Positions 1 through 7,239 of a DNA stretch of 19,783 nt are shown here, piece by piece; position 1 is the first letter of the stretch, and each line of letters begins with the position of its first letter. Both the position numbers and the translations under genes were made by a program. This DNA is from a bacterium. Lineage in GTDB: Bacteria; Bacteroidota; Ignavibacteria; UBA10030. Location: the NCBI GenBank assembly GCA_043803945.1, contig JAZDJN010000063.1, positions 1-19,783 on the forward strand, written 5' to 3'. The notes under the pieces are model-generated. The model made no database searches. It was not told the origin of the DNA and worked only from the letters and a program-made list of their open reading frames with translations.

Positions 1-2221
1 CGACATAGGAAATTAATCGCGTGTAGATGCTGTCGTTGGCTTTGGTATCGCCATGAGTACCATCATCAAACATACGGCGTGTTGTATCCTGCCAGAGCGT
101 CGGACCCCATGTGGCCCATCCGCCTGTAGCCGGACCGTTCATTGCGACACCCCATTTTTTAACGCTGTCAGCTTTCTTCACCGTCAGCGTACCTTGAATA
201 TCCTGTAAGCTGTCTCCCTTTAAAACCTGGAAAATAGCCGGGCGTGCGTCAACGGTAAACTTCACAGTTACATTACGAGCAATGGCGCGTAAGTTTCTGA
301 ATCTTGGCATCCGCCGATCATCACTGGCGCTTGTGGAAACGTCATTGATCGTCATCGTCTTTGACGTGGTTATCGCATTCCGGCGTTCGCCTAATGATAC
401 ATCCGTACCGGTAAAGTTAAAGTTATAATAAATCTCCCGCATCTCACCACTGGCCGATACTCTGTAGTACTGATAATACAATGGAGTATTGAGCTTTGTG
501 ACAATCGTATCGACAGAACGGTATGTGGTTGTAAGACCCTGCGGGTTCATTCGCTTTACACGGACTTCCATCGCACTCCCACCATAGCCGGCGCGGACTT
601 CAAGCATATCATCAAGAACGAAACCGTTCTCTGTGATCGCACGCAGCATGTTCGCATTGAATGTAACGATTACTGTGTCAGAGCCTGAGAATCCAGCGAG
701 ATACCGATTTGCCCAGAACTTCCAGTAGAGTGTTGTATCGGGCATTGTCGGCCTGAATTCAAAGATACGAGCAGGGTTGCTTCCTCCACCCGGTTCAATA
801 TCAGAACCTGTTCGTAGAATTCCATCTTCCCACGTTGCATTTGAAGTCGGATTATTCGCATCGACCTTTGCGTGAATCACGAACTTATAGTAGACAGTCC
901 CTGCCACTGAATTCTTTGGGAATTTGACAACGGTAGACCAGAATTGTGTACCATCGTACTGCTGGCTGCCGCCATTGCCATGCTGGGTTTCCTGCTTTAA
1001 AAAGATCGTCTTATCCCACGCCAACGGGGCCAGACTGCCTCGGATACCCATGATCTGTGTTCCAACATTGAAGCCTTGATTAGACTGCATGTTCACGCGA
1101 AACATGATTGCTATACTATCGTTGGCGGAAACATATGGCTTCCAATATTGATCTTGTTTTGAAGGACTACCGTTAACATATTGCAATGGTAGAGTTGTAT
1201 CCTTACTCTTTGGAACGGATGAAAATAGCAGATTCCGATTTCCAGCGGTAAGATCATTTTCCCACCCTTGATGCTCATCGTCTGCGAGAAGCGCCGACTT
1301 GTGATTTGTATAGAATTTATAATCGATTGACGTAGCTGGAGTGACGACGAATTTTGCTGTGCCTTCCCAATAATCACCGCTCACATTCGTCAATTTTACT
1401 GGACTTGTCATGCCCCAGGTAAGAGGCGATGTGCCACCGCGGACCTGAACATAAGAAATAGGTCGCATTGTGTCGGGTACTGTTGCCGTGTTAACACGAA
1501 ACTTTACGGAGACAGTCTCCGGTTGAACTGTCAGAAGAGGCTTATCGTTGAAGGTCTTCCAATACAGAGTCGTGTCATTGGCTATTGTAAATTTTCTATT
1601 ATCAACACTTTCCCAAATCGGACCGGAACCGTAGACAAACTTATATTCCTGAACGGTTCCTTTCGAAGCATTCGGGAAGGAAAATTTGCCGGAATAAAAC
1701 TTCGTTACTCCTTCTCTCGCGAAGACCCAGGTCTTTCCCCAATCGAGAGGAGATGCACCTCTGATACCGACCGCATCGGATGCAGGATTAAACGATGCAT
1801 CGCTGCCCATGTTCACACGAAACCAAACATCGACAGAATCAGTAGATGTTGTAAATGGAACTGTGTACCCATTGTTGTAGTACGCGATGGGGAGAACCGT
1901 ATCTTTGGTGACCGTAAGCTTCTTATTGTCGCCACCTTCCCAGTCGCCAATAAAGAATTTATATTCCAAACTGGTGTTCGCAAGGAACGCAATGGTTTTT
2001 GTCCAATAGTCACCGCTTTGATTCGTCATTCCAACGCTTTTATCATCCCAGGTCAACGGGGTGGTATTTCCGCGTATTTGAACGACTGAGTTTGATCGCA
2101 GTGTATCCTTCACAGTTGATGTGTTCAACCGGATGGTTACATTATATGTTGTCTGGGCTGTTGCCACCCAACTAAGCAACAATACACCAAGGACAAGCAC
2201 AACAAGTGGTCTCATCTTCAT
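1..2221 (-). CDS. Secreted multi-domain carbohydrate-binding protein with tandem CBM20-like (starch-binding) modules; 3' end lies beyond the left window edge (>=740 aa)
   Basis: Not in the ORF track (no stop in window). Manual translation from ATG 2221 (AAGGAG RBS upstream): MKMRPLVVLVLGVLLLSWVATA|QTTYNVTIRLN..., a Sec signal peptide. Repeated modules carry 'IRG..PL.W', 'GDYW', 'EYKF...WE...NR/NK' (CBM20-like) and 'DTTLYW'. The window end reads RMFDDGTHGDTKANDSIYT, a Ca-binding/choice-of-anchor-X-like motif. Confidence 0.85.
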   Translation of the reverse strand, partial: MKMRPLVVLVLGVLLLSWVATAQTTYNVTIRLNTSTVKDTLRSNSVVQIRGNTTPLTWDDKSVGMTNQSGDYWTKTIAFLANTSLEYKFFIGDWEGGDNKKLTVTKDTVLPIAYYNNGYTVPFTTSTDSVDVWFRVNMGSDASFNPASDAVGIRGASPLDWGKTWVFAREGVTKFYSGKFSFPNASKGTVQEYKFVYGSGPIWESVDNRKFTIANDTTLYWKTFNDKPLLTVQPETVSVKFRVNTATVPDTMRPISYVQVRGGTSPLTWGMTSPVKLTNVSGDYWEGTAKFVVTPATSIDYKFYTNHKSALLADDEHQGWENDLTAGNRNLLFSSVPKSKDTTLPLQYVNGSPSKQDQYWKPYVSANDSIAIMFRVNMQSNQGFNVGTQIMGIRGSLAPLAWDKTIFLKQETQHGNGGSQQYDGTQFWSTVVKFPKNSVAGTVYYKFVIHAKVDANNPTSNATWEDGILRTGSDIEPGGGSNPARIFEFRPTMPDTTLYWKFWANRYLAGFSGSDTVIVTFNANMLRAITENGFVLDDMLEVRAGYGGSAMEVRVKRMNPQGLTTTYRSVDTIVTKLNTPLYYQYYRVSASGEMREIYYNFNFTGTDVSLGERRNAITTSKTMTINDVSTSASDDRRMPRFRNLRAIARNVTVKFTVDARPAIFQVLKGDSLQDIQGTLTVKKADSVKKWGVAMNGPATGGWATWGPTLWQDTTRRMFDDGTHGDTKANDSIYTRLISYV

Positions 2222-2396
2222 AAGGTTACCACTCCTTCTTTAATGATTGAATAGTGTGTGAATTAATGTCAATATCCAAATCCTTCCAAAACGTCCGCCG
2301 TATGAGTTCTTTAAACTACTGGCCTCCTTTCTCTGAGGTTCACATGAATAATCTCGTTATGGTATTACCAACTGCCATGCTCTTGTATTAGATTGA

Positions 2397-3431
2397 CTAT
2401 AATCCAATTGAAACACTTATTGTATTCAAATCTCCGAATCTGCCGAACTGTTGATTTGCATAATTCAATTCGAAGGCAGCAAATCCATCAAGTTCGTAAC
2501 GTGCGCCGATACCAAATGTTAATCCTTCCTCAGAATCTTGTTGAAGAAGCGATTTGTATCCTGCACGTAAAAAGACTGTTTTGAAAAGAGAGACTTCTCC
2601 TCCGAGGTTGAGTGTCAGGACGTTATCGTTTGGACGAATCGCATCGGCGGCAATGGTTACGGCATATTCTGGTGTATTGAGAAGATCGAGCCCCAACCCG
2701 ACGCGGAAGAAAATTGGAATGGGCCATGAATCGACCTTTAATTTCCCGACAAGAGTCTTATTTGAGCCGGGATTTGAGGGATCGATATCAATCTTCGTAT
2801 TCAGATCGCGGCCATCGAGCGACAGATCACCTCCGAAATTCGAAATCGACATCCCTAATCGCATGTCGTGAAAACCGGTAACGAACAATAATCCGGCGTC
2901 AAAGGCGATCGTACTCGCTGATTCATTCCAAACCTGTTGAGAGATATATTTTACCGATCCTCCGATCGAAAACCGATCCGTCAAACTTCGCGCATAAGAA
3001 ATCGCTATGGAAAGATCCTGCGCCGACCAATATTGTCCTGTGCCATTGGGATACAATTCTGTGGTAACTTCCTCATCACCATAATCGAGTTGTGTGATAC
3101 TGACAGCTATTGCGTTGGCACCGTCAAAGTTCACCATCCCTCCTATCCAGCGCAGCCGGGAATCGACGAGCCAGTTGGTATTGGAAAACATCGCCTCTGT
3201 CTTTTTTGCCTGCACAAATGCTCCAGGATTGAAGTACACACAAGAAATATCGTTCATCGACGATACTGATGCCCCTCCCATGGCAAGTGCACGGCCGCCG
3301 ATGGGGATTCCAAGAAATTGGGCTGAGGTCGTTGCAATTTTTGCTTGTCCAAAAACAACTTGAATCCCCAGTAAGAGAACAAGCAGGATCTTCAAAGTGT
3401 TTCCAGGTATACCATTCATCTTTTTCGTCAT
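2397..3431 (-). CDS. PorV/PorQ-family (UPF0164, FadL-like) outer-membrane beta-barrel protein
   Basis: 344 aa with signal peptide (VFG|QA). N-terminal 'AQFLGIPIGGRALAMGGA...YFNPG' motif typical of PorV/FadL-like barrels. Alternating amphipathic strands and a hydrophobic C-terminus (ISVSIGL). Confidence 0.85.
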   Translation of the reverse strand: MTKKMNGIPGNTLKILLVLLLGIQVVFGQAKIATTSAQFLGIPIGGRALAMGGASVSSMNDISCVYFNPGAFVQAKKTEAMFSNTNWLVDSRLRWIGGMVNFDGANAIAVSITQLDYGDEEVTTELYPNGTGQYWSAQDLSIAISYARSLTDRFSIGGSVKYISQQVWNESASTIAFDAGLLFVTGFHDMRLGMSISNFGGDLSLDGRDLNTKIDIDPSNPGSNKTLVGKLKVDSWPIPIFFRVGLGLDLLNTPEYAVTIAADAIRPNDNVLTLNLGGEVSLFKTVFLRAGYKSLLQQDSEEGLTFGIGARYELDGFAAFELNYANQQFGRFGDLNTISVSIGL

Positions 3432-3442
3432 ACGATCACCGC

Positions 3443-6400
3443 TTACTTTATGATTGCAAACTTGCCTGTTTTGGCACCGACTGTGGATTCGACAACATAG
3501 AAATAGACACCGAAGGCGATATCGAGGTTTTCCTTCGTCTTCAGGTTCCAGGTGACTGTGCCATCCTCCATTGTTCCACTATGCTGAAGCGTAATGACAT
3601 GCTCGCCGCGGGAAGTAAAGATTTGAATGGAAGCTCCCGCTGGCAGATGAACAAAATCGATACGCCGCTTTCGGCCTAATGTGACGCCCGGATCCAAAGG
3701 TGGTTCGAGCGTTGAAGCCGAGACATACGGATTAGGTACGACCCGAATCTTGGAAAGCTGCGCCCGCGCTTGATCAGCCGCAACGGTCGGCACGGTGGTG
3801 GTAAACTCAAACACGTCACCTTGCCGGAATGGCTTTGTCGTTCGTATCTGTAGTTTATCACCGGCACCGAGGGCATAAATCGTATCGATGGGGTCTGACA
3901 TTTTCGCCAGGAAGAGGAGACGCCAGGTATAATTCAACTGCCCCCGGGGATTTTTTGACATAATAATAATTTGATCGACCGGTGAGAGTTTTCCGTTGAA
4001 GTCTGAATCGACAAAAATAAATTTTGTGTAAACACTGTCTGTAAGATCATAGATCCTGAAATTCACCGGGATCTGGTCGGGGAACAGGTCCGGATCGCCG
4101 TAGGAGGTATCGACAATGGAATTTGCAAATTGAATTTCGTAATCACTTGGTTTAGCATAGCCGACATATTTTTTGCCGAACAACTCAACATTCAGCGTAA
4201 TAAAATTGTAGACATAGGCATTATTCCCTATCCAGCGCGATTGCCCTTCATCTTTGCGAACTTGCCAGTCATTATTTAGGACAAGTTCCACACCATCAAA
4301 GATATCCGCATCCTTTGTTTCACCGACGAAGGGGGAACCTTTGATGAATGGGCTGCGATACACCGGATAGTATTGATACTTGATTGTATATTTCTCAGCA
4401 GGAAGGCTTCCTGCAGTTTTCCCCCTGATTTCACCGCGTGCGGAATTGAGAGTGTACCTTGTTGACGCCACAGATGTACCTCTTGAATCGAAAATGCTAA
4501 CAGTACCCGGGATCAAATTCTGTTTATTCAAACGGATAACAGTGGTATCGAGTGAGATAAATTCCTCAGATATCTGTGAGAGATCTTTCACTGTATAGAA
4601 TGAGGTAAGTCTCTCCCACTCCGTTGAATCAGCAAGATCCGTTTTAAAATTCATATTGTTGTCGACTGTGTCGACTTGAGTATCGAGAAACTCCACTTGA
4701 TACTTGTGACCCGTTACCTGAGTTTCATCTAAAACGTGATAGTACGCTTTGCCGGTTCCATACTTAATGGGTCTCGTTAATTCAACTCCGTCTTTTGGCG
4801 GTACATAGCCAGCAACCTTTCCATTTGGTGTGACAATAGCCACGTTTGAACCTTTATCGACAACACCCGTTGGAGAAATAGCGACATAAATATTATTCTC
4901 AGAGGGCATAATTTCTGAGAACTGATCACCGCGGTCATATGCCACGACGGCGTAATAATACTTTCTGCCGTTCTGTACATCATTATCGACAAAGCTGTGT
5001 TGAATGCCAGTATCATCACCCAGGTAATACGCAAATCCGGATACATCATTATAGAGTTCGCCAGTGGTTGGGAAGTACCCTTTTACACCATTCTTCACAT
5101 CAAATTGCTTTAAAGGACGGTATCCTTGTGCTGAGCCTGAGCCATCGGTGATTGTAAAGATGTCTTTAAATGTCGGATCCGTCGATTTATAAATCTTGTA
5201 TCCCTCAAAATCCTTAATATTGAGAACGGGGTCAACGGACTCTTCAGCTTTCCGATCCCAATACAGGGTGACCACCCCATCGCCTGGTACTGCAGTGAGT
5301 GTTGGTATATCAGGCGGCTGCGGAAACTGGTAATTCGCATCATAGATCTTTTGAACAGTCTTCTTGTTCTTCAGCAGATCGTTGATATCGTCATCGATGC
5401 TGCCGCCTTTTCCTCCACCATACACCAGGGCAAGAGAAAATCGTTCTGTGGTTTTTGCCCTGAGCGGGAAGAAACCGGAACCATAGATGAAGTCGCCATC
5501 TCTTCCGCCCGTGGGTCGATTATTATCAATATTACTGGGAACGTCGAAGAAACCAGGTGCAAGATAACGCCACATTGCTTCATCATCGCCCATTACAAAG
5601 TTATTGGCAGGTGTGAAATAATAGAAACTGGTTAGGCCAATCTGATCCGATTCCCGGACATCCGTTTTATCGATGTGTGGTTCACCCGGCAATCCGCTAT
5701 CCGTACCATTGGCATTGTATCCGGAGGTTGGGAAACCATCACCCTCACCATAATCACCGGTTCCTTTGACACCATCGCGCCCCACATCATCATGAAGGAG
5801 ATTCCAGTCTCCATTATTATCGATCAGATCGTTGCGCCGTTCATCGATCATACTTCGCGGGTCTTTTCCGATATTCGTAAAGTAATTGATATAGCGAACA
5901 GGACGAAGGATATCGAACGGTTTACTGCCATTGGAGAGGATTTTAACCTGACGATAATGCAGGTAGTAACTCTCATCAATTAACCCATCATAGTCATTAT
6001 CTATTCCATCGTAAGAATTTGGATTCACCACAACAACACCGCGGTCAGAATAGAGATTACCTTCGGCAACCTTTGTCTTTCCGGGTTTGATCCACTGTGT
6101 GAGACCACGAGTGGTAATTCTGACAGAGTCGACAGCCGGCACGCGATATAACACCCTGCTGAAGTCATCATTGATGAGGACTATTTGAGAATTCGGCCGA
6201 ATTAATGTTGAGTCAAAATCAGACTCAGCGAACTTTGGTGCTCCGAGTCCAATTAAGGATGAGTCGGCATCGCCATCATTGTCGATACCATCGTAAGGAT
6301 TTCCAGGGCTCTCCAGAAAGGCATAGCCCACCATACCGATTGGTCCAACCCAGAGAGGATTGTTCGTCGATCGGCCCCAATCGCCGGTATAGGTGATATT

Positions 6401-7237
6401 GGTCGCAACATCGAAGAATGACCAGTCGTCGTCATACTCCTGATAATTTTCTGTCGAGGTGACACCGATGTAGGTTCCAACGAGCATTCCGAAGACAGTA
6501 CGATTGTAATCCGTTGTACTGGTGTTTGTAATTTCATAGAGCCAGAAAATGTTATCCTTCGCGAGGAACTGTGCCCATTGAAGGGCTCTTACTCTCATCT
6601 CTAATCCTAATCCATTGCGCGACGGCTTGAGCGAATCGGATTTGAAAGAAACACCAAAGATATTATTCGTGGCAAGGCTAAATCGTTCGTCGTTCTGGTC
6701 GTCCATCACATAATACGTTTCGAGGTCGGCATTGATCCGTTTGCCAAAATATCCGTTCCATGAACGCGGCCAGCCCGGGTCGTTGCCATCGTTCATTTTA
6801 TCAGGCCAGGTTGGAGGCCATGAGTTTTTATCGTTACTCATGGCAACCTTCTCAATATTGGCGTTAAAATATCCTGAGACAGGTTCGAACGTCCAGGGTT
6901 TTCCTGTGAGAGGATCTTCGTCACGCCGTGTCGTAGGCCGGGCGACGGGGCTTGTTACGACGGAGTGGAACAACTTTCCTTCCGAAATGACTTCCGCTCC
7001 GACCAGCGGGCTCACATCACCGAGGTACCCGTTGTTGTTATCCTTCCAGGCACCGCGATATCCTTGTTCAGCGGGTTGGCCAATGACTCCCCAGTTTCCA
7101 AACACGGTTCGTACCTGATTGCCATTCATAACCGCACTGCGCCGAAATTCCCGGCCGCTTGATTGCTGGGCAATAGCTGCCTCGGATGAGCCTAGAGCTA
7201 TCAGAATCCAAAGTGCGATAAACGATTTCTGTTTCAT
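3443..7237 (-). CDS. Large secreted/surface protein with Dx[DN]xDG Ca-binding motifs, an Fn3-like domain and a T9SS-CTD-like C-terminal domain; function unknown
   Basis: 1264 aa with SPI-type signal (AIA|QQ) and no lipobox Cys. Motifs DGIDNDGDAD and DGIDNDYDGLIDE. Fn3-like segment 'PTLTAVPGDGVVTLYWD...FEGYKIYKS...YYYAVVAYD'. C-terminal 'IRVVPNPY...IQIFTSRGEHV...WNLKT...GVYFYVV...GKFAIIK'. Starts 2 nt after the receptor stop, with GGAG inside the receptor's last codons. Confidence 0.85.
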   Translation of the reverse strand: MKQKSFIALWILIALGSSEAAIAQQSSGREFRRSAVMNGNQVRTVFGNWGVIGQPAEQGYRGAWKDNNNGYLGDVSPLVGAEVISEGKLFHSVVTSPVARPTTRRDEDPLTGKPWTFEPVSGYFNANIEKVAMSNDKNSWPPTWPDKMNDGNDPGWPRSWNGYFGKRINADLETYYVMDDQNDERFSLATNNIFGVSFKSDSLKPSRNGLGLEMRVRALQWAQFLAKDNIFWLYEITNTSTTDYNRTVFGMLVGTYIGVTSTENYQEYDDDWSFFDVATNITYTGDWGRSTNNPLWVGPIGMVGYAFLESPGNPYDGIDNDGDADSSLIGLGAPKFAESDFDSTLIRPNSQIVLINDDFSRVLYRVPAVDSVRITTRGLTQWIKPGKTKVAEGNLYSDRGVVVVNPNSYDGIDNDYDGLIDESYYLHYRQVKILSNGSKPFDILRPVRYINYFTNIGKDPRSMIDERRNDLIDNNGDWNLLHDDVGRDGVKGTGDYGEGDGFPTSGYNANGTDSGLPGEPHIDKTDVRESDQIGLTSFYYFTPANNFVMGDDEAMWRYLAPGFFDVPSNIDNNRPTGGRDGDFIYGSGFFPLRAKTTERFSLALVYGGGKGGSIDDDINDLLKNKKTVQKIYDANYQFPQPPDIPTLTAVPGDGVVTLYWDRKAEESVDPVLNIKDFEGYKIYKSTDPTFKDIFTITDGSGSAQGYRPLKQFDVKNGVKGYFPTTGELYNDVSGFAYYLGDDTGIQHSFVDNDVQNGRKYYYAVVAYDRGDQFSEIMPSENNIYVAISPTGVVDKGSNVAIVTPNGKVAGYVPPKDGVELTRPIKYGTGKAYYHVLDETQVTGHKYQVEFLDTQVDTVDNNMNFKTDLADSTEWERLTSFYTVKDLSQISEEFISLDTTVIRLNKQNLIPGTVSIFDSRGTSVASTRYTLNSARGEIRGKTAGSLPAEKYTIKYQYYPVYRSPFIKGSPFVGETKDADIFDGVELVLNNDWQVRKDEGQSRWIGNNAYVYNFITLNVELFGKKYVGYAKPSDYEIQFANSIVDTSYGDPDLFPDQIPVNFRIYDLTDSVYTKFIFVDSDFNGKLSPVDQIIIMSKNPRGQLNYTWRLLFLAKMSDPIDTIYALGAGDKLQIRTTKPFRQGDVFEFTTTVPTVAADQARAQLSKIRVVPNPYVSASTLEPPLDPGVTLGRKRRIDFVHLPAGASIQIFTSRGEHVITLQHSGTMEDGTVTWNLKTKENLDIAFGVYFYVVESTVGAKTGKFAIIK

Positions 7238-7239
7238 GC

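Noticed and set aside
1523-2089. 188-aa plus-strand ORF and the short ORFs 670-861, 1111-1377 and 1813-2013
   Set aside because: Antisense or off-frame shadows of the 740-codon minus-strand CBM gene; no recognisable motifs.
2245-2272. TTGACA on the minus strand upstream of the CBM gene as an internal promoter
   Set aside because: No acceptable -10 element at 16-18 nt spacing.
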